Source of the DNA: Lepidodermella squamata
Lineage: Eukaryota; Animalia; Gastrotricha
Length of the DNA: 64,000 nt
Direction: 5' to 3'
Assembly (NCBI GenBank): GCA_047495785.1
Contig: JBLDXI010000042.1
Span: forward strand, 3,782,001-3,846,000
The notes beneath the pieces were generated by a model, which saw only the letters and a program-made list of their open reading frames with translations, made no database searches and was not told the origin of the DNA. The position numbers and the translations under genes are program-made. Positions within the stretch are counted from its first letter, which is position 1; each line of letters starts with the position of its first letter. This document shows positions 1-12,323 of the stretch, in pieces.

Positions 1-1071
1 CTCTTCCCAAACGAAGAGAAACCACCGAAAACAAGCACGGAACCCCGTGGCGAAGAATCAGGTATAAGGCGTCTCGCGCAGCTGGAAGGGCGAGCTGTTC
101 TCTGTTACAACTTCCCATCCTCTCTGACCATTGAACAACTGAAATCCTCTTGGTCAGCATATCTGGAAGATGCTACAATTACCTATGACAAAGGCAAACG
201 TAAGGTTATTTGTTACATGAAAACTGTCGAACTAGCAAAGCGCCTGACGAAGGGCGACGGCCTCCCTTTTCGTGAAATCCGAGTAATTGAAGGTGAAGAA
301 CTTCAGGTAAAGCGTAACCCACCTAGGTGCAACTACTGTCAACATCACAGCCATGTCACAAAAAACTGTGACTGCGACGTCCCCATCTGTGGCTGGTGCG
401 CTGGAGGTCACTTTACCCAACGTTGCTTGTCACGTAACAACCCTGAAGCGAGAAAATGCGCGAACTGTAAGGGTCCTCACTCGGCAAGCTACGGCGGCTG
501 CAAGTTCGTGAAAGCGGCAGCTGCGAAAATGGAACAGGTCGAGCGAGACAAAATTGCTAAGGCGATGAATGAAGCTGCTACGGCCCCTGCACAGCGACAA
601 TTTCAGCAGGCTCCTCGGCCTAAACAAATGGCTCGGGCGCCTACCGCGACGGCTCAAACAGCCGCTGACAACGCGTCAGAAGACGATGCCATTATCCGCC
701 TGGCGGATCGGCTTGCGCCTTTGGTCGCCTCTCGAGTACGCCAGCAGCTCCTAGGCGAGTTTCATGCTCAGGAAATTTCTAAGCCCGAATCTACGGACAT
801 TGACAACCTCAAAAAACAGGTCGGCGAAATTTTAGCTTTGTTAAAAACTATTTCACATCAACAGAACCCCGATCCGAACGAAGTATTCACCGGCACACAG
901 CAGAGCGCCGGCTCTCAACTGATTGCGGCTTACTCCCTGCGATCTAGTACGGCAACCGCCACGGCTTTGCCAGAGAAGGAGAAAGGTACGTCGAAGGCAT
1001 CTGGACGGGGCGGGCATCGCCGAAACAGCGTTGGCCCGGCAACCGAAAAACCGCCAAGCCCCACAGTATGA
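1..1071 (+). CDS. LINE ORF1 gag-like nucleic-acid-binding protein (5'-partial)
   Basis: Frame is open from base 1. Knuckles CNYCQHHSHVTKNC, CGWCAGGHFTQRC and CANCKGPHSASYGGC; RRM-like segment upstream. The stop overlaps the ORF2 start (ATGA at 1068-1071). Confidence 0.88.
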   Translation, partial: LFPNEEKPPKTSTEPRGEESGIRRLAQLEGRAVLCYNFPSSLTIEQLKSSWSAYLEDATITYDKGKRKVICYMKTVELAKRLTKGDGLPFREIRVIEGEELQVKRNPPRCNYCQHHSHVTKNCDCDVPICGWCAGGHFTQRCLSRNNPEARKCANCKGPHSASYGGCKFVKAAAAKMEQVERDKIAKAMNEAATAPAQRQFQQAPRPKQMARAPTATAQTAADNASEDDAIIRLADRLAPLVASRVRQQLLGEFHAQEISKPESTDIDNLKKQVGEILALLKTISHQQNPDPNEVFTGTQQSAGSQLIAAYSLRSSTATATALPEKEKGTSKASGRGGHRRNSVGPATEKPPSPTV

Positions 1072-3964
1072 TAGTAGGACAGTGGAATTCAGGCCATGCC
1101 AAATTAGCAAATAGAATCGCTGAACTTTTATTCTTAATTCAAACTCTTTTAGTTGACATACTTCTAGTGAACGAAACATGGCTTGATCGCGAAGACGACG
1201 ATGCTTTGGTTGAAATACCAGGTTATACCATATTTAGAACAGACCGAAGAAATCGGGCGGCTAACAATTCAACCTACGGCGGAGTCGCCATTTATGTTAA
1301 AAATACTATTCGTGTTATTGAAAGTTTTAGGCACCAGGCAGACCACAGCGAGTGGATGGCGCTGAAAGTGATGAACTCTCAAGGTGCCACGTTAACTCTA
1401 GCCACTGGGTATAGTTCGCCGGACTATGATCTTGACTTAACTTTTTTGCAGCTTTGCTTGGACGGGCTAGGCGACCCCAATGCTCCTTGTATTTTTGCAG
1501 GTGACCTGAACGCTTGGCACCCTTGCCTTTCGGACTCTAAAAGCCGAAACAAGGCTGGAAACGGCCTCGTTGCGTGGCTCGAAACCGAGGGTCACACGTA
1601 ACGGCAAACGTAAGTAACGGCACTCCAACGCTTTTTCAGCTGCTGGTGTTGGGAGGCAAATCGATATTTGGTTGGGAAACAACGCTGCCCTCGCGTACGT
1701 ATCAAACACCGCAAAGGTATGTGACAAGTTCGGCAGTGATCACTGCGCGACATTGTTGAACGTGGACTTCGAGGCGGTCCCCACGCCTCCACTAGTCAAC
1801 TCGAACGAGCCTCGTCTCAACTTCTACAAGGCCAATTGGAACAGGTTTGAAGAACGGCTTAAGCACTGGCTGAAAGTGTTGGCAGAGCCTGTGAAAGCAA
1901 AACCCGGTGACCCCGTCGACAGCATCGATCGATACGCTGATGCTATCACCGAAGCTATTAAGCGAGCGGCAGCAGAGGTAATCCCGGTGTGTGCCGAAAG
2001 TAAGCTACCCACTTGGAGGCTAACTCGCCAAATTTCTGATTTGCTAGCTACAAAAAATCGGCTAGAACGTTTATATGAGAAACGTCGGAATTCTGATTTA
2101 AAAACGGAAATTAATCGTATATCTAAAAACATCAAAAACCTAATAGCTGTAGAAAAAATCAAGGCTTGTGAAAAATTTCTGAAACATTTAGCGAAACTCT
2201 TCAATGAAAACAAGCCTAGACAAGCCTGGCAGGCGGTCAACAGCAAAATTAGTGGCCGACGTCGCCAGCGTAAAATTACCACATTGAATAATAACAGAGG
2301 TGTGGGTGTGACGGACGACAAAGGTAAGGCCGAACTACTCGCCGAAACGTTTGGCAACGTGGTCAAAGGTCCGCCAGTCACCTCAACGAAACCTGACGAT
2401 TTGAAATTCTGGCGTGACACAGAAGTCAAAATCGCCAGCGATGACGGTATGCGTCCTTTGCAATTTATTCCTAGGGCTCAAACGGTGAAAGTACCTAAAT
2501 GGGCAGTTCGACAAATGCTCAAGAGCCTCAAATGGAAGGCCCCCGGCCGCGATAATGTTTCGAATGTTTTGTTGAAACAGGGCGGCAAAAAGCTGGCATC
2601 CCACTTGCGCTACCTCTACCAGTTAAGCCTCAACAGTGGCTATGTCCCTAGGGCGTGGAAGGTCGCGATCATTGTACCAATTCTAAAAGATGGTAAGGAT
2701 TCGAGACTTGCGGATTCCTATCGACCTGTCTCCCTTCTGCCCGCTATGAGCAAAGGACTTGAAATTATTGTTGCAAAATTTCTGTATCACTTCCTAGAGT
2801 CCAGAAACCTCCTACCTCGCCATCAATATGGCTTTAGGTCCCTTCGATCTACCATCGACCCAGTGTTCAGATTCATATCTGACATTGGCATCTCCATCTC
2901 GAAACGATACAAGCTGGTGGCGTTGCTCCTTGACTTCAAGGCTGCGTTCGATTGCATCTGGCACGATGGTCTTCGAACCAAGCTGAAGCAATCAGGTGCC
3001 CCGGAACCAATCGTCAGATGGGTGTCCGACTTTCTGCGCGACCGCTCATTTCAGGTCCGCGTCGGCTCTGAACTTAGTGATTCGCGGCCTATCTGCTGTG
3101 GTGTGCCGCAAGGCTCGCCACTGTCGCCCCTTTTATTCATTTTTTACGCTGCAGAAATGCAGCCGAAGGATTCCAAGCCAGACGACGGCTCCCATCGTGT
3201 CGCGAAAGGCACGTTTGCCGACGACGCGCTCAACTGGGCGTATGGTGTGAACTACCACACCTGCGTCAGCCGCCTGCAAAGGCGCCTGCGGGTTATCGAA
3301 CAATGGTGCAATCGCTGGAGATTGCGTCTCAACCCGGCCAAGTGCGAGTCGATGGTTTTCGGCCACTACGGACGCACGCCACCCTCTGTCGCCCTTGAGC
3401 TACTCTATGGCCAGCCGATTCCGCAGGTCAACCGAGTCCGTTATCTTGGCATTCACCTGACGCCTCAGCTGAGCTGACATAAGCGTTGTAGCCGCGAAGC
3501 TCAGGCCCCGGGTGGGGTCACTGTATGCCCTTTGCAAACGCAATAAGCGCACTTGCGTTCTTCTGTATAAATCCCTTCTAGAGTCCTTGGTTGCCTATGG
3601 AGCACCTGCCTTGCGCTGCATGCCCTTGTCATCCTGGAAACAGCTGATGGATCTGCAAGCCCACTGCCTTAGAGCCCTCCTTGTTCTGCCCTTCGAAGTT
3701 GAGCCTTGTGACGCCCTTGCCTTCGCTGGAGTCGACTCCATCGAAGAAGTGTTCCATCGAAGCTTTTAACGATATGGAGGCCGCTGCTTAGCGGCTGATC
3801 TTGACATGGCGGAGTATATCAAATACGTCGCCGAAATCGCACCTTCGGATGAAAAAGCCCGTCAAAGCTTGGAGCAAAAATGCCCCGCCTGGCATTTGCG
3901 AAACGAAACCAGAACCGAAATAATCTCAGCTGATAACCGCGTATGGCTAGATATCGAATGCTAA
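1068..3964 (+). pseudogene. LINE ORF2 (APE endonuclease + reverse transcriptase), disrupted
   Basis: APE motifs QWN, LVNETWL, GGVAIYVK, GDLNAWH, SDH. RT motifs KAPGRD, YRPVSLL, QYGFR, LLDFKAAFD, GVPQGSPLSP, FADD, YLGI. Two frameshifts at ~1598-1635, TGA at 3475 followed by a frameshift, TAA at 3767; the frame then continues to TAA at ~3964. Confidence 0.9.
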
Positions 3965-5799
3965 GAACAAAATCAACGACAAATCAACAGAAATCAATGA
4001 AAAACGGCATGAAGAAAAAAAAACATATAAAAATATCCTGTTTTATATATATTTATAACATATGTGATGAAATATTGTTATGGCTTTTATATTTGTATGA
4101 AAGCACAGTGCGGGCATGAGTTAACGCGCCGCGAGTGCCGAGAGGCAAAGGTTGCAAAATAAAATTTTTTTCATGCCAATAGGATCGACACAGAATTTTG
4201 GGAGCTTTCTTTTTGTACCAAAATCCTGTGGGTGCTTTTGATAGGCAATAGGCAGAGGAGTAACGCGAAACTGGGAGAGGCTATTTTTTACTGAGCATTT
4301 TTAATTTGGGGTTTGGCGAATTTTCTGACATAGTGAGATTTTGATGCCACTTTCAAGGTCAATCAACGAGGAGTCGACGAGTAGGGCCGGATAAAGGACT
4401 ATTTTTAGGATTATTTGCTATAAATGATAGCATAGGAAATAGGGAGGCCCGCGGGCAATCTCATATTGTGGTAGGGATTTCTCCTTCTTCCCTTCTGACG
4501 GTTCAAGGTCTGGTTTGGTGAGAAGCCCGACCTCTTTTGCCGAAAACATAATTTATCATTTGAAGACGTATAATAATAACAGCAATTTTATTTATTTTGT
4601 CTGCATTTTTATCAAATTATATTATTAAAAAATGGGCAAAAGACTCAGGTAAAAAAATAAATACAACAGACTATGCTGGTTCAAATATGTGCACTGAGTT
4701 CGAATGAGATGATTTATCATGACTTGTGCAAAAAGAAATCACAAAAATTAATAGTCACAAAACAAAACAGCATAACGCCCACAATCCATTTCTCGAAAAA
4801 GGAATGAACAATATTAAACCCGGCGGGGAAAAATCACGATAAATAAGTTTTGGCTCGTATTTTGAGCATTAGACTTTCAAAGAGAAATAACAAGAAACTT
4901 CTAACAAGGTTTTGGGGCGAGGCACGACAGTCTTGGGGATCGAAGAAAGTTCTAGGTTGTGATGGTTGTGTTGATAGGTAGCAGAGAAGCAATGCCGTAG
5001 GTGTTCGTAAAGAAAAGACTACGAACTACGAGCAATTATACTATATCAAAAAAAAACCGAGTAAGAACACAGCACTAATGGGATTTGATCAAAATGATCG
5101 CCACGACCTGATAATTAATTTTGCTTCAAACATAGTTTTTTTCTTTCTCCATAGAGTCCCAGGCTTACACTGCCTCAGAATGATTTGAACCATTTCTAAG
5201 CTTGTTCAGTACCTTCTCACTCTATTGATGACACGACGCGCTACTCTGAGATGAGAAATCAAAAATATGTTCCAATGTGTCGAAACGCCAGAAAAATTAT
5301 CCAACAATCATATAAAAATCTAAAAATTCTTAGAAAATTAGCCCCTAGGCTTCAATTTTAATGCTGTTTGAGCCAAGACTGATTCTCCCCTTTCAAAAAA
5401 TTGGCTTTGCAACAGGCTACCACAGTCTACAGGATAACCTTTCATTTATTCGGTTTTCAAATTTTCATATTTTTTTATTATTACCTACGGCTTTTAGGTA
5501 ATTTTTATAATATTGCACTGTCGTAAGCTTTCTGTATAGGAAGATGAATTGAATAAGATGCCAATTTTGCTTTATAGATGTGCCATGTCTCATCATAATC
5601 ACTAATCCTGAATTGTCACAAGTGGGGCCATTTTAGCATGTCAATTAAGAGCAATCACCCTGTCTGGCGGTTGGCGGTATGCTGCAGGCTCTACGTTGAC
5701 CTAAACAGGCAAGGACTGTGAACAGCATTGGGATTTATAAATAAATAGGAAACTTTGACGTAATAAGGAAGCTTTCCCATAATACTCCACCCAGAGAAG

Positions 5800-8752
5800 T
5801 CAGTTATACGATGCAACAAATACAGCGTAGACGTTCAAACAAAGAAACGCGTCAGTTAAGATTAGGAAAGCCGACAAATCGATTGCGCGGGCGAAGCTCA
5901 TCTTCGAATTAAAAACAGCTAACTTTACCTTATCAGTCATAAGATGCGGGTAGCTAGCGGTAATTCCGAACATTACGGCTTCATACAACGTCAACGCGCC
6001 AGTCAGTCCGCACAGTATCAGCATATATTCAGCGAGCAGCACAGAATCAGCAGTTTCGGGAACTTCTTGGAGAACATTAGCCTGAGTGACTATAAGGCTA
6101 AGCAGAATGGTGGCTGTAAATACTGGCCGGTCTGGGACGTCAGCCTGAAATACTAGAGACGAGAAAACTAGAAACGTGAGAATAGCACAGGGCGCCAAAT
6201 TGTTTATGATGATAGGGTTCGGATTTCGCGAGAAAGCCACGGTGAAGCGGGCGTAGCCTGACGTAGCATTTAGCCTTAGGGGTGACCTTGTAACTCCATA
6301 GGTAGAAACAGCTGAACCAAGCGTCCAAAGCTCGTTGTTGAACGTCTCAGCGAAGCTTATTCGAGTTCCTCCGAAATTTAAGAATCTATCAGCTTCATCG
6401 AGCAGGAACGTGAAATCACATTGTTGCGAGTCGAAAGGATATTTTCGCAGTTTTAGGATGCATTTGGACTTCATGATGCCAAGCAGACTCCAGTGGAAAA
6501 ATAGTGTGCGGTTTGGCGTGGTAGGGTAGTAAGCGATGTGCATGAGCTCTTTGTAGCCATTTTCCATGTAGACGTCGGTCGTAGTGTTTGCGAAGCGCAT
6601 ACTTGGGACCCACACTTGTTTTCGATCGACCGTGTAAACGCGATCAGCTTCGTTTACATCAGGAGCTGTAAATGCGTCTACACAGTTCCGGACGATCCAC
6701 TGAACAGTGAGCTTGACACCGGCTACAATCTGACGAGATTTGACGTCGATATCCTCCAGTGTATACATTATCATGCTAATGTACATTTTCGAACCAGATG
6801 CTGGGGTCCTGTTAATCGTTTTTAGTTGTCATTACTTTTCATTATCATAATTTTCCACGACTAATTTGATATAATTTATCGAACCGATGCGCTACATACT
6901 TTAATGTGTGCCGAAATGAGTTTTGGCTTTCTTTGACATAATATCAGTATAGACTGTCTACTCACGAGAAAAGGGGTGTAACGCCATGGGCGCCAGATGG
7001 TCTGCTGATTCATCAATTTCTTGGAGGCCAAAAATCACGAATGTTCGATTCTTTTCATGAAATACGTCTTGACAAAAATGGGCCATTTTGGCCATGTATT
7101 ATCAATAATAAATGTTTATCAACTTAAATACGACATAACGTTAGCGTCGTTGAATAACTCGGATTTAGGCTTGTTTACGTCAGTTTCAGGGTGACTTGTG
7201 ACAACTAAAAAGTCATTCGTTTTTGCGCTTTGTTCTCGTCAAAAAAGCCGCTTTTAACTTGTCACCCGGCGCCTTGAAAGGATGTAAACAAGCCTAAATC
7301 CGAGTTATTCAACGATGCTAACGATATATACTGGATAAATGCCGATGTAACGAATGAATTAATGAATGAAAATTGTTGTAATTGAATTAAAAACCCGTTT
7401 ACTATTTATAAGGACGGGTATGTAATGGAATAGAGCGTGACTTTAGATTCTTCGCTTCAAGATTCAGCTTTTTCTCCTATGAAAAATAACTCTAGAAGAC
7501 GTACCTGACATTGGGATTGATATAGGGGCAGGGCGTCAAGTCGCTGATAGAAAGCAATGGAATTTCGTTGCCGTCTATCAAATAGGGAATGCCGAAATCA
7601 GAGGTACCTGCGGTGAAGTCATATGTTCTAGATGCTGCCTCGGTTTCGGGAGTTGTCGGGCCAGCTGAAGTGGCGATTGACGGAGTGTTAGTTGTTAATT
7701 TTTTGGTAGTGGTCGTTGTTGTGGCTGCTTTGGTCGTAGCGGGGATTGTTAATGTAGTGGTGGTTGACGTAGTGCTGCTAGTACTAGTCGATGTAGTCGT
7801 CGTCGATGTGCTAGTGGTTGGTGCGCAGTCGTAAACAGCTACGTAGTACAGGTCAAGCGTATCTGAGTTCATTCCACTGCGTGCACCTATTCCAAAGACT
7901 TTTGGGCCTGCGAAGAGGTTGGATATTTTTACAGGAGAAGAGAAGTTGGAGAAAGGTCCTATGCAAGTCCCGTTCTGCAAACACATCGCCATCTGTGAGG
8001 TCAGACGCAAAATGTTAAGACGGTGCCGCCAATAGAAAAACCTATTAACCTACCGATATGTCCGATCCGTTGAGAACTCGTAACTGATGTATTATGAAGT
8101 TGTTCGCAAACCATGGATCCAACGGTATATATCTTTTGTACAGCAATCTTGTCCCATTTCCGGGGGAGTCGAAAACGAAGGCGTCCGCATAATTCCCGAA
8201 TGGGCTATAAGTAGCAGCAAAGCCCAGATAAGTTGAATAATTGGTCGCATATTTGAGTGCAACAGCTAGAGATAATACGATTTCACCCATTCAAGTATTG
8301 TTTATCTTGGCTAATTTGTCATACCTGACGTCGGAGGCCTGGTAAGAGAGGCGTTATCGGCAATCACAATCCTAAACCCATCGCTCGGACCAGAATCTAA
8401 AGCTGTTGTGTATGCCAGAATTTCGACATAGAAATTATCCAAAGTAAATGGCTGCATAGCAAAATTTACTAATCAAGATACCATCAGCTAAATATCCAAC
8501 CTGTTTGTTCCAAAGCCCAGTTTCACGCCATATGCTACCTTCCGATGCCAGGCGAGTAGTGTTTGGTGGCTGGCCCGTTGTATTCAGACCATCCATTGGC
8601 CAATATTCCCAAAGAGTAGGTATGTCACCATTGTGATTTATCAATGACCATTGTGGAACAAGAGTTCCGCAAGAAAGCTCTCCAACTTGACAGTAGGTGC
8701 TTATGACGTAAGTTAGGAGCAAGAGGCTGGGGGCAAGATCTGCTCGAAACAT
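5800..8752 (-). CDS. Lectin-stalk-Cys-loop pLGIC fusion, copy 1 (~695 aa; exons 8752-8501, 8451-8325, 8265-8054, 7992-7505, 6808-5800)
   Basis: All introns are GT-AG and in frame. Signal peptide; L-type-lectin-like motifs (SDGFRIVI, FVFDSPGN, FGIGARSG..DTLDLYYV); Thr-rich stalk; NPNVR|TP; WVPSMRFAN; Cys-loop CILKLRKYPFDSQQC (C-x13-C); four hydrophobic TM segments. Confidence 0.85.
7135..7327. mobile_element. Palindromic MITE in intron 4 of fusion copy 1
   Basis: Long inverted termini cgttagcgtcgttgaataactcggatttaggcttgtttac ... gtaaacaagcctaaatccgagttattcaacgatgctaacg; a second family member lies at 9542-9717. Confidence 0.8.
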
Positions 8753-9541
8753 GACTATTTTCGATGTCGCTTTTTTGTAACCGATTTTTGAAATGATTCT
8801 CAGTGCAAACTGCTTCGCTACTTGGATATAGCAGGATTTCAAATTTGGCGTCAATCCCTCTCATTTGATATGCAATTAGGCAACTACGCAATTCCACATA
8901 TGTCCATATATCACCGTAAGCTTTTCAGATGTTCTATAAGATAAAAAGCTCCGAAATCTTCGCCACGCTTGAAATTAGGCCATTAAATTATTAACACAAC
9001 CGATATTTTTTACGCCATTTCTCTTGTTCCAGACGCAAACTAACAGTGAAATACAAAAAAATTGTTCACGTTTTCTGAAAATAAATGCTTGAAAATCACT
9101 TCTTTCGATAAATCTAGGAGCAGTAAATGCCTGGCTCACCCGGGCGTGTAGTATAGGTAATAAGCGGTACAATCTTTCAGGCGCAACTGCCACCTACGTT
9201 GGACGACCAATCACATTCTTTCACTTAATTATTTTTTTATGACCTATTTATCCGCTCATGGTGCAGCTGGAAGGCTCAGCTTTTCAATAGTGGTGTTGAG
9301 AAAAACATTACTCATCATGACGTGCAGGGTCAAGGTGTGATTCACTAAATTGAAATTTGTTGACTGTGACCATCGGGCGCGGCAACTGTCTGTGCCCACG
9401 CATCAGACAATCAGACAAACTCCTCTCACTGATTCTCCGGCTTTGTCGCGTGACATTTTTCAATTTCCTTTAATATTTGGAACTAGCCCCCAGGAATGTA
9501 AGGTGATTTGTTTGCGCCAATATTAACAAAATCCGCCTGTC

Positions 9542-9717
9542 ATATCGTTAGCGTCGTTGAATAACTCGGATTTAGGCTTGTTCACATCAATTTCAAGGTG
9601 ATAGATGAAAAGTAAAAAGTCTTTTGTTTTTGACTCTTCATTCATGGTAAAAAGCCGCTTTTCACCTATCACCTTGAAATTGATGTAATCCGAGTTATTC
9701 AAAGATGCTAACGATAT
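9542..9717. mobile_element. Palindromic MITE, same family as 7135-7327
   Basis: atatcgttagcgtcgttgaataactcggatt ... aatccgagttattcaaagatgctaacgatat; ATAT at both ends. Confidence 0.8.
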
Positions 9718-9850
9718 GGTACTAGGATATTTATTTATCTATGTGTTCCACGCACGATGCGTTCACTGAGCAAAAAGAATTCACCACATTCCCTTCATTG
9801 AAGTGGTACAATAATAACAGTAGCAACAACATTGTTTTATTTTTCTCTGC

Positions 9851-11245
9851 ATATCGCTCCTTTCGCCCTATAAAGTAACTTTTCCCCTTTTACACACCCA
9901 TTCTCTGTTGGAAAGGCGAGTTTTTGCCTCATCGCCTATTGCATTATCGCGGCGCGGAGCAGTATATTTATTATCAGAATGCGCGGGTCGATGCCTTATA
10001 TTCTGCATAATGAATTCATTATAAAAAGGCTTTATTGCAATAGTATAGACCGCTTTGCAGCGAATTGTGCAATATATCCGCCAAAAATAACTTTTTATGC
10101 AACATAAATTGTTAGATTTTTGTAGTTTTCTCCTCGAAATTCGAAACTGGTAAAATTGGTTGGGTTTAATGTTTTCTTGGAATAATGAAACCACCAGTTA
10201 CTGCCACCGTCAAGGTGTTTGAGTTGGACTTTAACTTCGAGGAAGTCAAATTCTGGATGAAGAACAATTTCCCATTACACCGGATCAAGTTCTCAGGAAA
10301 TTCGGGAGGCAAATGTTACGCATACTACAAGTGGAATGAAGCGTGGCCGTCTGAGGTGCCCGGCATCGGCGAAAGACGTTGAAATCCGCAGCTGCGATGG
10401 ACCCGTAGCTTTAGTTTCTCAAAATCCAGAACAAAGCCAGGAGCAAGATCCCAACGCAACAAGCATCGAGATCTTGCGCATTGACAGCTCAAGATGTTGT
10501 TGCTGCTGTTGTGAGAGCAGAGCCTCGAGAGCCCCTAAGGCGTGACACAAAACATGCTGCATGTTAGCATGCTACTTGCCTGTCGAACGTACGCATGCTT
10601 CGAGAATGAATCGTTTCAAATGTTTCGATCTGCGCCTGACTTCCTGAGTATAGGCTATCAATTATCCCCAATGTATCTCAATAAAAGTGTTTAAAGTTTT
10701 CTTGAAGAGGCTACCGTCCAGTATTTGAAAGAAATGTGACTCTTGACACATTGCCATCGAAACCATGCAACCCAATTGTGATTGACTGTGCGAGGAATAT
10801 ATTCAAAACTTAGCAGTCAAGACTTCAGTTTTCTGTTCAGCTGGCAAGGGAGTACAATAACGAATGCCTATTTGCCGTGAAACACCCATTGAAAACGACT
10901 TTCATGAGGAATTTATGACATTTTAGTTGACTTTCTGCAGAATACCGGGCACCAACTGCAAGAAAGCTCGGTTTTTATGCAGAAAGTCTGAATTATTATG
11001 CAAGATAACCGATGCCGCATTGCTCATCATGCATAAAAAATGGAGCGCACGTGTGTTTTTATGCAAGATAACTATCTGATTGCTCGTATCTTATGCGAAA
11101 TAATAGGCAACAAGGGTAACGCTTCTGCCATACTTCTGATGCCCGAGAAAAAAATTACGCCGCTCGCAAACATATGAATTACTACGGGGCTGCGCTCATC
11201 ATGGGATTTGGAAAACGTTCCCTTATAGGGCAAAAGGAGCGATAT
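9851..11245. mobile_element. Non-autonomous TIR DNA transposon (~1.4 kb)
   Basis: TIRs atatcgctcctttcgccctataaag (9851-9875) and ccttatagggcaaaaggagcgatat (11221-11245), matching at 23/25; internal ttatgca/tgcataa repeats. Confidence 0.75.
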
Positions 11246-12323
11246 TCATCATCATATATACCTACTCAAAAAATGAAACTTGTCAGGGATACAATAGATC
11301 TAACGCGCTAGCGCAACTATGTTTGCGCGTCGAGTTGATGTCGAAAAGAGATTATTCACTTGTTCATTGGCTCTCGGAAAGTAAACGTCAGTTGAACAAA
11401 ACAGCATAACGCTAAAAGTCCTTCTTGAAAAAAAAATGAAAAATATCAAGACCGGCGGAAAAAATGGTCCACTGACATGAGATGTCATGGCTGAGTTGTC
11501 ACTTTCTGAATTGTCGAGGCTCAGTTGACGGAATACAGAAAAAATCGGGTTAACATTCCGATGAAGAATTTCGAACTCGTTTTCGAGCTTCAGACTTTTA
11601 AAAATCACAAAACATGTTCAAAAAGTTTTCGGGAAAAACATAAGTTTGTGGTTGTTATACCCTCTTATTAACAGCAGTGTACTTATCAAATCATGCGACT
11701 CAAACAGATGATGCACGCGATTTAAATAGAGTCACGCGCCACTTATTTTTTGCTTCATTGTTATCGCCTTGGCTAGAGGGATACATCCCCTATAAATATT
11801 CAAGCCATTTGAAAAACCGGGTGTATTGCAACAATGACTGTGCGTCCATGGTGCGCACTCTAACATGAAATATTAAATATTATACAAAACGAAATGAGTG
11901 AGCAAACTTACTCTAATAACACGTTCTTTTAAAATAACACGAAGAATCTCAAATCTCAATGCAAAAGCTACTCAAAAAATGCAAAGCTACTAAAGAATCC
12001 GAAAAACCCTTGCCCTCACTATCAGCCAATTTCGATTCTCAAGCAAGGGTGATTCTCAAGCAGGCTTTGCAGCTGATCACCTCAGTGCACAGGTTAATGT
12101 TAAATTTCATCTGCTCTCATTTACAATATTCCTATTTTCGAGTATTTTTATTATGAATTTCAAATATTTGTTCAGGAAAACACCAAATTTGTTGCACAGC
12201 AATGCCACCCTGTGTAGAAATACAGTATGTACAGTCATTCATCTAGCATCTAGTAATACTAACAGTAATACTAATATTTCAAATAAAGAGGAAGTTTTTC
12301 CCTAACGTTACATCGTAAACAAA

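Larger units (their letters stand above)
1..3964 (+). mobile_element. Non-LTR (LINE) retrotransposon, Jockey/I-group-like, decayed; 5' end lies outside the window and the 3' UTR end is not defined
   Basis: Gag-like ORF1 with three CCHC knuckles followed by an APE endonuclease plus reverse transcriptase ORF2; A-rich sequence follows 3964. Confidence 0.93.

Noticed and set aside
1824-2429. 201-aa antisense ORF and similar shadow ORFs throughout (e.g. 7589-7834, 26267-26590, 55364-55789)
   Set aside because: They are opposite-strand or alternate-frame by-products of real coding exons, with no motifs.
5800-6786. Treating the 322-328 aa pLGIC ORFs as stand-alone intronless genes
   Set aside because: They have no signal peptide, the first Met is not conserved (Ile in copy 3), and an in-frame splice acceptor is conserved in all three copies.
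10185-10545. Short ORFs (65 and 69 aa) as host genes
   Set aside because: They lie inside the 9851-11245 TIR element and have no recognisable motif; at most decayed cargo.
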